Below are positions 40,869-53,510 of a stretch of DNA of 64,000 nt, one piece after another. This DNA is from the human T2T-CHM13v2.0 reference genome, Homo sapiens: NCBI RefSeq assembly GCF_009914755.1, contig NC_060928.1; one strand, 5' to 3'. The notes beneath the pieces are model-generated. The model was not told the origin of the DNA and searched no databases. It saw nothing but the letters and a program-made list of their open reading frames with translations. The position numbers were made by a program, and so were the translations under genes. Each line of letters begins with the position of its first letter. Position 1 is the stretch's first letter.

Positions 40869-41309
40869 CAGATTTTTTTTTTAAGTCCAGCAATTTTTCT
40901 TACTCTGCAAGTTCTCTGATAATAAGAAGGTCCAACCAATACCTCTATCCAGTTAACTTAAAGGTTTTAAACTCTCATTCAGAATTCAAATTAAATAGAG
41001 ATCCAAAGGCTTACTCAAATAGCCTAAGGAATTAGTTTTAAGTTGTGCAATGACCATAGACATGGGAAAAGAGCAAAATACAAGAGAGAGTGGGATACTA
41101 TGGGTGAAAGTTGCATGCATAAAAGGCTAAGCACCGGCTTTGATGACCACCAGACCTTTCTTTAGGCCTTAGGAGAATCCTAAGGAAAAAATGAGGGGCA
41201 ATAAGAAAAAATAAGTCAGACAGAGTCCATCTACCCTAAATGTTTGTGACAATTAAAATGGAATTTTAGAGGAATCTCTCCCCATCTATCCAAAAACTAT
41301 ATTTATGGT

Positions 41310-41535
41310 GAATAAGAATAAAGGCTTCACAGTCAGACATAGGTGGGTTTGAATCTCAGCCATTTACTTTGTGACACGATGCAAGATACTTCACCTCTCT
41401 GTGCCTCAGTTTCCTCATTTGTAGTATGGGGATCAAGCCTCAGGTTAGTTGTGGAGATTAAATGAGATAATCTGCTTAAAGCTGTTAGCATGTGACTGGG
41501 GATCCATAAATTTCTCATTAAACCACGATTGTTAT
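41310..41535 (+). mobile_element. MIR SINE
   Basis: gggtttgaatctcagc...acttcacctctctgtgcctcagtttcctcatttgtagtatgggg...gttgtggagattaaatgagataa. Confidence 0.9.
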
Positions 41536-42594
41536 TTAAAACATATTATCCTGTGCTAGGTACTGAGTCAAAAATAAATCTAAGGCTTGCTCCTTCAACT
41601 CCTAACTCTCCACCAGCCATAGCCAACCAAACCTCTAGATGGAATGCTGCTTTAATCATCAGAACACCATGAAGATATGAAAGGAGCAAGAAAATGTGTG
41701 GAGGAAATTAGAAAAATATACACTAGTTACTGATATAACATTATGGCTTCCCTGGATTAAGGAGATTTGGGTCATGAGCTAACCAGTGTTACTCAAAGTA
41801 GTGTTGAAATCTCTAATGGAAAAAGGATTAGAGGATAGAACCAGCTGTTTGGGGCACTGGAATTTTAAGAATCTGAATGTGATTTTAAGAAGAGGTATCC
41901 TAAGGGGAAAAGAAGTGCTCATTTTTATATGTGCATTATTATTTGCTACTGAGGAGAGGTGGTGTCTGGGAGGAAGTGAAACACATCTTTCTTAATATCC
42001 TTCTTGTAAAAAAAAAAAAAAAAAACACTATATTTGCACTTATAATGCATGTTTGTCAGAGGAAGTAACCCATCTGAGATAGCCCATTATCAATGTCTTG
42101 CTAAAAAAGGAAAGTATTTTGGAAATGTTTATTCCACTTGAAATTTTCAACATTTATGCTTATGCATGTCCATTTAGGGTTTTAAATACTATTTTCTTCT
42201 CTTTGTCACTAATCTTATTTGTAGCCTGGAATAAGTTACATTGTAGTGTGGTAGGTGTTTAAAGATATCTTTTCGAGTGAGTAAAAATTTTACATAATTT
42301 TCATTTTACACATATATTTAATTCCCATGGTAAAAACATTATCTCATTCAACTGGCAAATGAGTTTATATTAACATACTTTTTTAATAATCTGAGAAATT
42401 CTACTTAAAAACAAGAAGTATAATCCCTTCAGAACTTCATGTCAGTACATAATTTCTAGGAACTGTGCTTTAAGGTGTCTTTCACAGGATATATCTGAAT
42501 ACAAGAAACAGTCATAAAATGAGTAATGCTTTTAAGCAGGCAGTGGACTCCATCATAGCAGCAGTAGTAACTGTAGAAATAATAATCATAGTAG

Positions 42595-42845
42595 CAGCAG
42601 TAATAAGCACAATATTACTAAATTGCATTAGGCATTGCCCTAAATGCTTCATATGTGTTATTACATTTAATCCTCCCAACAACCCTGTGAATTAAGTTCT
42701 GTAACTATCCCCTTTTACCGATGAGGAAGTTGAAACACAAGAAGGAGGCTAAACATCACCCCGGATATTGCAGCTGCTACAGGACAGAGCTGGAATTTAA
42801 ACTGGTTAAGACTTGAGAACCTGAGATCTTTAACACCACTCTAGA
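42595..42845 (-). mobile_element. MIR SINE
   Basis: catttaatcctcccaacaaccctgtga...ccccttttaccgatgaggaagttgaaacaca...gacagagctggaatttaaac. Confidence 0.85.
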
Positions 42846-43729
42846 ATGTGCCTCATTTACATGACTTGGGGAACTTGGGTTCCAGCCCGTATCTGTGTGA
42901 TTCCAGAATGTACTCTCTGATTGTGAAACCACAGTTCTGTTTCATGGGCTCCCACATCCTTGGGGACTTATTTCACCTGTTCAGGGTACTGTATAATGAC
43001 CAGCCATCTTCATTCAAGAAGTAGTGGTGAATTAGGTCTGGATCCTGATGAAACATGAAATGAACATGCAGCCAGAAACAGTTCCGTGAGCCTTAGTTAC
43101 GAACCTTTCTCATTTCCAGGGTGCAAGTAGGAGGGGTGGAAGGAAGGAGGGAGAAACAAAGAAAAGATGTTTATCGAACAACTATACATGACAAGAAAAG
43201 TGCTAAGCATTTATGTATAAGAACCCATTTCATGGGAGCACAGATATAAGAAATAGAGCCACAAAAGTAGTGAAAAGACAGAATTATGTTAACTTGGCAG
43301 AAAGATTAAGAAAGCTACATTGAGTTATTGGGAAAAGTAAGTTGTTCATTTTACAGAAGTGAATAGGAACTTCAGTTGGGAGAGCTTCAGTGGGCTGCCC
43401 CACATCGTAGTTGAAGTTGATTAAATCCAAGACTGGGCCAGGCCCCTGGATTTCCCCTGTTCCAGTCTGCACATTTGTATCCTCCTCCAGGTAGGAAAGC
43501 ATTGCTGTACCCTCCTACTTCCCTACAGTAGCCTGGCACCAAGTCGCATCTCAGCTGGGACATTCTGTTCCCAAGGTCTTTTAATGATTAAATCAGTCTG
43601 CATTAGGGAACGCTTTCGTCAGGTTGAACCAGAGAGAGCAGTGGTGGGACCAAGCTTGATTCTCTAACACACATAAGAAGTTTGTTTGGTTTGTTCTTAC
43701 TCTTTCTTTGGGAAGAAGAGGACAGATGT

Positions 43730-43855
43730 TATAAAAAAGGTATTTTTATTCCCATTTTTAGATGAGAAAACTGAGTTTCAAATAGGCGAACAAATTTTCC
43801 TAAAGTTTGCCAAGCTAAGAAGTGGCAGATTTGGGACTCCAATCTAGAATTGCTA
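43730..43855 (-). mobile_element. MIR core fragment
   Basis: tattcccatttttagatgagaaaactgag...agctaagaagtggcagatttgggactc. Confidence 0.75.
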
Positions 43856-44289
43856 AGCAGAAGTTTCACAGGTGGGAATGAAATGCGTAAGTTTATGTTT
43901 ATGCCTTTGACCTTGGATCTAAGACAATACTCTCTGGGCTATCAATTCTTCTTTTTAAAGGCATGTTCTGCTTAGGCTGATAGAAAATAGCCATTCTGCC
44001 CCCAACCCTAGGAGGAGTCACTGGGTCAGTTCTTGCTTGCCCAATTAGGAAAGTTAGTATGGCATGGAGAATAAATTATCCCATTGTTGCTTAGCTTATT
44101 TCTCCTTTGCTTTGCTTAGAATAATAAAGGAAGAATGTCTTCTTTGTGCTCATATTCAATGAGCAGAGTTCTGTTTCCCTAAGAAGGCATGTGGCAATTT
44201 TAGCCATTAAAAGGAAAAAGAAAAGCACTCATTTTTTTGTTGATCTGTGTCGATATGGCCAGCACATAGAATAGGGCCCTTATTTTTCC

Positions 44290-44432
44290 TAGAATGGCTC
44301 TAGAGTCAGATAGACTTGAATAAAACCAGCTGTGCAGGCTTGAATGATTTATTTGACATCTCCAAGCCTTAATGTCCTGATCTGTAAAATGAGGAATATA
44401 ATACTGTCTACTGCATAGTTGTTGTGAGGCAT
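44290..44432 (+). mobile_element. MIR SINE (3' piece continues ~45210-45282)
   Basis: ggctctagagtcaga...atctgtaaaatgaggaat...catagttgttgtgagg; later aaagtatttagcatagtgctggc. Confidence 0.75.
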
Positions 44433-44446
44433 ATAGGGTACTTATC

Positions 44447-45171
44447 ATACCACCTCACACCATTAGGACGGCAACTATGAACAAAAAACCTGAAAATGAT
44501 AAATGTTGATGAGGATGTGGTGAAATTGGGCCCCTTGTGCACTATTGGTGGAGTGTAAAATGATGCAACTACTGAGAAAAACAGCATGGTGCTTCCTCGA
44601 AAAATTACAAATTGAATTTCCATATGATCCAGCAATTCCAATTCCAGGTATACATCCACAAAGAACTGAAATCAGGGTCTTAAAAAGAGATATCTTTACA
44701 CCTGTGTTTACAGCAATATTATTCACAAGAGCCCAAAGGTGGAAGTAACTCAAGTATCCATCAATTGATGAATGGAAAAGCAAAATGTCACAAATACAAT
44801 GAAATATTATTTAGCCTTAAAAAGGGAGAACATTTTGACACGTACTACAGCTTGGATGAAACTTAAAGACATTATGCTAAGTGAAATAAGTGAATCTCAA
44901 AACGATAAATATCGTATGATTCCTCTTATACAAAATACCTAGAGTAGTCAATTCATAGAGACAGAAAGTAGAACAGTAGTTGCCAAGGGCCAGGTGGTAG
45001 GGAGAAATGATGGAACATTTTTATTTAATGGGTATAGAGTTTCTGTTTTTCAAGGTGAAAAGAGTTCCGGAGATGGATTGTGGTGATGGTTATACAGCAA
45101 TGTGGATGTACTAAATACCACTGAACTGTACACTTCAAAAAGGCTAAGATGGTTTAAAAAAAAAAAAAAAA
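44447..45171 (+). mobile_element. 5'-truncated L1MB-like element (ORF2 C-terminus, 3' UTR, A tail)
   Basis: ORF 44545-44748 WCFLEKLQIEFPYDPAIPIPGIHP...FTAILFTRAQRWK resembles the L1 ORF2p C-terminus; L1MB-type 3' UTR; terminal A run. Confidence 0.93.
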
Positions 45172-45629
45172 GCCATGGGGACAGCCAGCTGAAGAAAAGG
45201 GAAGCAATGACATAAATCAAAATGAAACAAAAAGTATTTAGCATAGTGCTGGCCCACTGTAATCATTTACTGAATGTTGAACCATTGGCATAGACGGCAG
45301 GGAAAGCCTTGGTAGTGGTGGAGGAGGTAGTGATGTGCTATTAACACCACGTGTGTACATCCCTCTTCCTCAGAAGAGGCTGGCTTCCTGAGAGGAAGAT
45401 GCAGGACTTCAATCCCAGAATGCAAAGCAATATGAAATGGATTCACTTCTTTTGCAGTGAGATGAGCCTCTTTGGAAGCTCAATACAGGTAGCGAGCTGA
45501 GTAGGCCCAGTGTGGTGGTGGCGAGACACAGCACTCAGGGAATTGCTCCAGCAATTGGAAAACTGTTTTAATTAGTTTGGTTGGTTGGTGGTTCCCAAAG
45601 CAATGGGCTCTGAGCAGAAGGCAGGGGGA

Positions 45630-45930
45630 ACGCATGTATGCATTTGAGCATGCTCATGCATGGGAGAGAGAGAGGGAAGCGAGTGATTGATTGGAGAGAA
45701 GGGAAGCAACCTGCTGGAAACAGCCCCTGGTGCTCTGAGCACAGGATTCATTTGAAACAGACAGCGAACTCTTGTACTTTTGGACCTTAAAAGCCAATAG
45801 CATCTTCACGTGGTACCCAGTGAGAAGCCCCGCCCCAGAGGGGTGGCCTGGGGGCCGGCCCATCGCTCCTGCTCTTCCTCAGCTGACTCTTGACTGCTTT
45901 ATGAAGTCTAGGAAGGCAGGGGAGGTGAGT
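45630..45930 (+). promoter_or_regulatory. Candidate promoter/enhancer with first-exon splice donor
   Basis: TGATTGATTGG 45684-45694, AGCCAAT 45792-45798, CACGTG 45807-45812, CCCCGCCCC 45828-45836, pyrimidine-rich Inr-like region ~45870-45885, donor GAG|GTGAGT at 45924/45925; motif evidence only. Confidence 0.4.
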
Positions 45931-46362
45931 ATCTCATGGTCCAAGGCTAATCACAATAATAAACCTCCAAGAACAAAATTGACTGAAAAGAATAAAATTT
46001 TTAAAGTGAGACAGTTCTCTGTCATTTCTGTCTTGGATTATGTTGGGGAAGGTTGAACTCAATTTTATTGAGAAATCAATTGTAATTTGGCACTCTGCAT
46101 GATCCCTGGCAGAGGACGCTGGTAACAGTCTCTCCTGAAATCTGCAAGCTAATTTACTTCTGCCGCCTACACACTCACAAACAAGCCCGAATTAGAGACC
46201 CTCTTCCCACCACATACCCAGGCAGCCATTGATTTGTGGCCCCCTCCTCTTGTTTATGAGATAAACAGTAAATTTGAAAAGGGAAACAAAAGGGACAAGT
46301 TCAGGTCAACGAGTGAAAAACGTGGCTGAGAGACAAAGGTAAAACTAAAGATTAGAGCACGT

Positions 46363-46849
<487 letters not shown>

Positions 46850-47803
46850 CTATCAAAAGGGCAAAAACTCTGAATATCATTCATAATGATTTACCAAAAG
46901 CAAAATGTAAAAGTGTGCTTTTTAATGTGATGCTATGCTGACCTTTTCAAGGAGAACGGCATCTGGCCTCACCAGACTCATGGATTACAGGACTTTTCTC
47001 AGAATTTGTCCAACGTATCAATGCAAATCCACCCAAAGTATCATTTGTTTAGGTGGGAATTGCAGTGTTAGAGGATTAATGCTCACCCAAGTGTACCGCA
47101 GAATGCATTGTCCCCATAACAAGCCCAAGCAAGCTGTTTTCAAACATTCCTCTAAAGAAGTGAGCGCTTTTCAAACTTCATACTTGGCAATTCATCCTAA
47201 TGAAAAGCACCCTGAGTCTCTTATGTGCGTGAGATAGCCAAGGAGGAACAGCCACTGTCTTCAGCTGTGCTTGACTCTCCACCCGTGCCCATCGCTCCCA
47301 CAGCCCGCATCTGAGCACAGCTGTGGCTATCACACATTCTTGACAAGGGTCACTTCCCCAAAAAGACAACCCCCAATGCAGAAGAGCAAATACATGTCAT
47401 CAGTTTTCCAACCACATTCGCAATTCTGGATCCAGTACCCTATGGGAGAATTTTCCTCCTAACCTCCCCTATGGAGTCCCAGCTTTTTTCCACCTCTATA
47501 ACAAGGATCTCTTCTCTCCATGTTATTCCCAGAGCCACAAAATCTAGGGCAATGTGGCCTAAAATTATCATTTCCTTCAAAGCCACAGCAATCCCAGTCC
47601 ACCTGGCTCTCTGATTGCGCCGTCTCTGCTCTGGAAGGAATAAGTTTTGGAGTCGCCTTTCTGCGTCCCACTGCCACCATGCACAAGCACACCTGGGACG
47701 TCACAGCAGGCACCAGGCACCAGAGAGCACTGAGCATGAAGAATGCTTCTTTCCTCTAGAAAGGATCATCACAGAGCTATTTTTCACAGACTCTTGAGCT
47801 TAC

Positions 47804-47859
47804 CTGCAGCACACAGCTTTAAGCTCTGAAGATGTGAATAAAGATTGAACTTCATCTGA
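47804..47859 (-). other. Candidate spliced exon (52-56 nt)
   Basis: Minus strand: ~76-nt AG-free U-rich tract, TTTAAC branch-like motif, TTCAG| acceptor, CAG|GTAAGC donor. Confidence 0.4.
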
Positions 47860-48509
47860 CTGAAGCCCAGAAAGTTAAAAAGCAGAAACAAACCAAACCA
47901 AAGAGACAATAAACAAACACAGAAGTTGAAAGTATTTGCTGGTTGTGTTTACTGCCACACAAGCAGACTCTGGAAATCAGCTTTCATTTTGCAAGCAAGC
48001 CACTATGGAGAACAATTTCAGGATATATACCCCGTTAAAGAATATTACAAGCAGCTTACTGCAATAATACCCATAATTTTTCATTCATTTTAATATGCCT
48101 GTTTTTCATGTTTAGAATTTCTAGTAACTCTACCTTATTATGTTCTTTTGGTTGATGTGCCTATATAATCAGATAAACATTTGTCTAATACTGGGTTGCA
48201 CTATTTTTAAAAGTACTTTTGTAGAACAACAACAACAAAAAAATCGCTATAAAAACAAAAGCACCCAAGCCTTGTATTTTAATATTTAAGCCTTTCTAAG
48301 GTTGGGGAAAGATGTAATTTTTTTAAAGGGAGCAATTTGAAGGGAGTGCTTTCTTACACATTCAGATTGTCAGTTGATCACAGTGCCCTGGCCACTTGGA
48401 CATTTCAAATGAAATCTTTCTTTGTGCTAGGTGAAAGGGAAGTGCTTCATGAGGCCTTTCTTGGAAATCCTTTATTTACAAAAATAAGAGCACTGGGCAC
48501 GTATTAGTA

Positions 48510-48872
48510 AAAATAGCCTTTAATGAGGGCTTACAACATGCCAGCCCTTATAAGCCAGTGTTTCACATGAATTAACCATTTAATCTTAACAAAACCCTGG
48601 GAGTTCTATATAATACCTAACTCCATTTTACAGATGAGAACATAAAGGCACCCACCACATATCAAGCACTGTGTTAAATATTTGCATATATAATTACTTT
48701 AATCCTTGCAACTCATTATTATCCTCATGGCATAAACATCTTTATTTGTTCTGAAAAAAAAAAGAAAAGAAAAGAAAGAAAAAGAGGACCAAAGAGTTAC
48801 AGGATGTATCAAATGTCCCACAGGGGTCAATCTAGAGCCACCTCCTAGAATCCACACTCTTAACCACCATGC
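48510..48872 (-). mobile_element. Two tandem MIR fragments
   Basis: catttaatcttaacaaaaccctg...ccattttacagatgagaac; caagcactgtgttaaat...tttaatcct...cactcttaaccaccatgct. Confidence 0.75.
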
Positions 48873-50164
48873 TAGGGTAGAGCTCATAAACTTCCTCTGC
48901 AAACGGATCCAGTTTTCACTGTTTCAGCCTTAAGTGGGTGAATGTGGGTTGGATTCATGGTGCCGAAGAACAGCCACCTTGGCTAGGAGTCAGTTTTGGC
49001 CTGATGACTTGATTCCATTCATTCAGGCAACTCAGGAAAAGCATCCTGTGCACCCTGAATGAGGCAAGTCTAGCGAAGGAGAACGCTAAGAAAGCATCTT
49101 AAAAACCACATAAAATGCCTGGCGACAACCATCCTGGTTCTACTTCCTTTGGGCTCCTACCAACCACCAGAGGATGACGGAGATCCTTTATCCACCCAAG
49201 TGCCAAGAACTGTTCTCAATGCAATAAATATCTGTGGACAGACTCAACTCACTTCTCCCTCAAAGAGGAGTCAGGATTAGGAGACAGACCATACACTAAG
49301 CAATAGAACTATGGGGAAGTGTGCTTTGGATATAAAGAAGGAAGACTTGAAGCTGTTGATTCAGCTTGCTGAGGTTTCTCCAGGCTCTTAGGTATCCTAG
49401 CCTCTGTGGCCTTTCTCTTTGAACTGTGGCTCTAAATTGATGCTCACACACAGTTGACACTGTAGGTAAGGTCTGGAACTGAAACAGAAGCCAGGAGAAA
49501 GGAGGCCATTTTCTTCTACCCAGTATGGGTAAAGGAGTCCTCAACCACCTTCTCTTGGTTCAGCCAGCTGCCCAGATCTTGAGTTCCATCGAGTTTGGGA
49601 GGGCCACAATCTCGATTCTTAATTTAATGTTGTTTACTTTACCTTGCCATCTATATAAACTTCAGGAAGAAGTGGTGAAGGCTACATCAGGTCTGGCCAA
49701 GGCTTTGACACACAGGACCCAGAACCCAAGCAAACATACCATGCCACAAAACTTACTCTACTATCTATCTGTGCTCCTAACAATAAACCAAGTCTTTTGC
49801 AAACTCAATCCTAAGACATTATTTTGACATTACTGATTAAAAACCTAAGAAACAAAGAAGTGGCATGACTTGGCCCTCAGAAAGCAACTTTGACGTCCTT
49901 CCCTAGTAGTACTCAGGATGCCCTGCATGTGACAATGACACTATTGTAATACCTGCAGGATTCGGCATGAGAATCTCAGCTTTTGATGCCTCCTAACGTT
50001 TCATAGGATATGACTGTGTTCAACTAGGTCAAATGTTTTAGAACAGATTTTGTTTACCCGTAAATGAACCAGGTGGTCACCATCTAATTCTTAATAGGTG
50101 AAATGTGCCAACCTCATCAAGGCCAGTCCAGGAAGAGTATAATCTGCAAGTAGAATTTCCCTAA

Positions 50165-50400
50165 CATGAATCATCTCTTCCACTGTGCTCCCATAGCACA
50201 GTGTACTGCTCTCTGCAGCAGCTCATCTCACAATTCCATAATTATTCATTTGCACGTCTGCCTCCTCCAACTAGCCTGGGGGCCCCCAGTGGTAGGGCAG
50301 AAGCATCATTCTATGTGACTCTGTATCCCTGGTGCCACACAGCCCATGGTTCTTCGTCAGAGCTTTACAAGTGGCTAGAAATGAGGAATAGGTGGGTGAA
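50165..50400 (+). mobile_element. L2 3' end
   Basis: ctgtgctcccatagcac...cgtctgcctcctccaactag...agggcag...ctctgtatccctggtgcc. Confidence 0.65.
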
Positions 50401-51149
50401 GCACCATCCCATCCCTGGTCCAGTTTTCTTCCTTAGCCAGAACACCAAGTGCTAGAAACTGAAACTTTATCATTGACTATACCACCAATTCAAATAGTCA
50501 GATACATACCTTCAAAATGAAGGCCTCATCTATAAATACATTTAAATTCTTATTTTTTAGTCCTTGTATTTTTTCCTAGGCATAGATGATCTTCTGTTTA
50601 CACGGAAAATGTAGAACTACGCTTTATTCCTCCTGAATAATTTCAAGTTAAAGAAAATACGCCAACACTTCTAGAATTCCTAACCTGTAAACGATGGTTC
50701 ATCTTCTCTAAAATCCTCAAGACACCTTTGATTTGGAAGATCTTCTCATCTTGGCTTCCACTTTTCCAGACTGAGAGTCTTTTTGTTGTCTTTCTGTGGC
50801 AAGTCCCTCTTCTTCTTGGCCATTATAGACATCCTTCTCCCAAGTGGGCCCTTTCATACTCCCTGAAAGTTCTGTAATGGAAACTGTCCACTATGCCCCA
50901 GCCACAGTTCTGAGCTGGCAGATTTAATTGGTGAAGTTGGCAGAGAAGTGAAAATCTAAACAGGCCAAGAGAGTCAACTCCCTCAAGCCTGACAAGAGGG
51001 GAATAAAAGTCAGAGGGAGAAGATGAGACCGCTTTTCTTGCCTTTCTCCGGTGTGTTCAGGGCACACTCTGTTTTCTTCCGTTTAAACAAAGGGCATTCT
51101 CCCATTCTTCCAAGGGCTCCACATACTTTTCTGGGATCTGTCCCAGGGC

Positions 51150-51340
51150 ATGGCCCCACCACTCAGTAGGTAGGGAGTGACTTCTGCCAAGTCACTTAAC
51201 CACCCAATCTCAAGTTCCTCATCTGTAAAATTGGGATAATATTTCTCAGCCGACATCCCAGGTTCCTAGCGATAAATATTAATGTCCGTAGAGGGCTTTG
51301 AGATCCCGGGGTGAAGGATGCAGCAGAGTGTTATTTTTAT
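51150..51340 (+). mobile_element. MIR fragment
   Basis: ccaagtcacttaacc...tctcaagttcctcatctgtaaaattgggataat. Confidence 0.75.
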
Positions 51341-52284
51341 GACGTTGCAGCTTCCATAAAGCATCAAATTCAATGAGAAAGAGGAGAGAAGGGGCACTGG
51401 GCTGGAACCAAGAATAATGCAGGCAGATGCTGTTCGAGCTTCCCCCTACTGCTAATGCATCTCGACAGTCACCTGCAAGTCTGCTGCTATTCCAGTCCTG
51501 GGGCTTTCATTTTTACTGGTGACCTCGTTCAATGCCTCCCCATCCCCCTCTTCCCAGACTCAGAATCCCTATTTAGCATCCTATTAATATGGAACTTCAT
51601 AACGCTGATATGGATCTGTGTATTACAAACATCAGGGGGCCCGCCTGGCAGTCTGCTGGCTTCAACATGCTACTCAGCAGGGAATCTGTGTTCGAGACTC
51701 TGGAGTGGGCCAGCCTTCCTGAGTTGGCCAGACGCCCACATCTGAACTGCCCGAGCAGCACCTTCCCTTTCCCCATCTCCTTCCCAGAAGAGGCTTTCCA
51801 GGGCCCCAGGCTCTGAAGAGGAGCACAGACTGCTGTGCACAGGCCTCTGACCAGAAATGAAGCTGGTTTTGTTTTAGGATAAAAACTTAGAAGAGGAATT
51901 CAATAAGAAAAAAAACAACTGGGAAGAACAATCAATGGTAATAACGAAGAGGGGAGGGGGCTGGTGACAATGCGATACCCTGGCTCTATAGCAAGTGGGT
52001 GCCTGTACACCCCTGCCATGTCCAGAAGGTCTCTGGAGACTTGGTTGAGGTAAGGGGACCAGTGGGGCCCACTGGATACAGTGTAGGGCTCAGGAGGCAA
52101 TTAATCCATCATGTTAATTGCAATATTTCCATTGCCCTGGATGCACACCACAGGCTGAGGGGGAAAGGGTCACGGGGAAGAGAAAGTGGTGGTGACAGGG
52201 AGAAGAGGGCAGGAGCCTGGGTTGGGAGAAGATGCTGTAGAGTTAGTCCCTGCCAGAAAACGAGACACAAAGCCTCCCCAAGCT

Positions 52285-52323
52285 GCTCATATAAAGACAC
52301 ACAGCTCATATAAAGACACACAG
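52285..52323. repeat. Perfect 19-bp tandem duplication
   Basis: GCTCATATAAAGACACACA at 52285-52303 and 52304-52322. Confidence 0.95.
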
Positions 52324-53334
52324 GGCATTCTCCTCCCCCAGAAACCCCCAGCAGCCCCTTGTCCTTTCATAAAAAGTCATTGCCTTCAAAACACCCTCTG
52401 CACCATCCTTTTATTCAGATTTTTCATCTACCTGAAGACATTATCCTTTCTGGGGTTTTTTGGTTGGTTTGTTTGTTTTTAATGCCAATATGTGCATCTT
52501 ACTAGCTGATCGCCCATCATACAACAACACATTCTGCCCCTTTCCTTTCTAATCACTCCCCTCAAGGCCTCACTTACAATCCAGGTTAGTGGATGTTGGA
52601 GTTCAAAAAATAAGGAAATATAAAGATTATCACTCTAGAACAAAGAAGTATCAGGGACTTTGTGCCAGGACAACGTTAAGATAGTTGTGCATTGAGCTCT
52701 CTAAAGAATGGGTTCAGGGACACCTTGCAACGAGTTTAGGAGGACCACTTATCCCTCACTTCTTCGTTTCCATGGAGAAGACACCATAGGGTAATACTAT
52801 TCCTCCACCTGATACCTCCCTCATCTCATGGCTGGAGAAGGGACCTACCTGATTCACAAGTTTGGAAGAAGAGACCCAATCGCGTAGATCAGTCCCTTCT
52901 AGGTCCCTGCATTGGAGCCTGCCTACCTGCATCTGCTCCTCCAAGCAGGAGACCTGCTTGGCCAGCATCTAGGTGAGTCCATTTAATTCTGCTGTGCAGG
53001 CATTAGCGGGTCCCTTCCCCCACAGAACTACATCCTGTCCTTCACTCAAGCTTTCATCAACGGGAGCCCTGACATAATGATCGTTAGGGGATTGCCTTCC
53101 ATGCCTGCCCAACTCACTCAGGTGGAGAAGTGATCTCCAAAAACCCTAAAGCAGCCCAGCTTGTTCTCCGTTCGGCAATGCCTTCAGTGTGGCTAAGAAA
53201 AACAGGTGCTTTTCATAGAATTCATACCTTGCTTCTGCTGGACTGCTAGTAGGCCAATTTGGTGCTAAAAGGTGTCTCTATTGAGAATGGCCCTCTGTCT
53301 GCAGAAGTTGTATGAGAAGGAAAACCACCCCCAG

Positions 53335-53510
53335 CAACAAACACCAATTGAGAGCCTACCCCAGGTTAGGCATTGAGCTAGAGCCTCTGTATGCTTTAAC
53401 TCCTGGACTCCTCATGAAGGCTCTGTGAAGTCTGAGAAGATTTCTCTCCCTAGGTTAGTGGGCAGGAAAATGAGGCTTGGGGAGGTTATGAAGCTGGTAA
53501 GAGGAACGGA
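53335..53510 (-). mobile_element. MIR fragment
   Basis: attgagagcctaccccagg...ctcctcatgaaggctctgtgaag...caggaaaatgaggcttggggaggtta. Confidence 0.6.

Noticed and set aside
44545-44748. ORF with real protein similarity
   Set aside because: It is a decayed L1 ORF2p C-terminal remnant, not a host gene.
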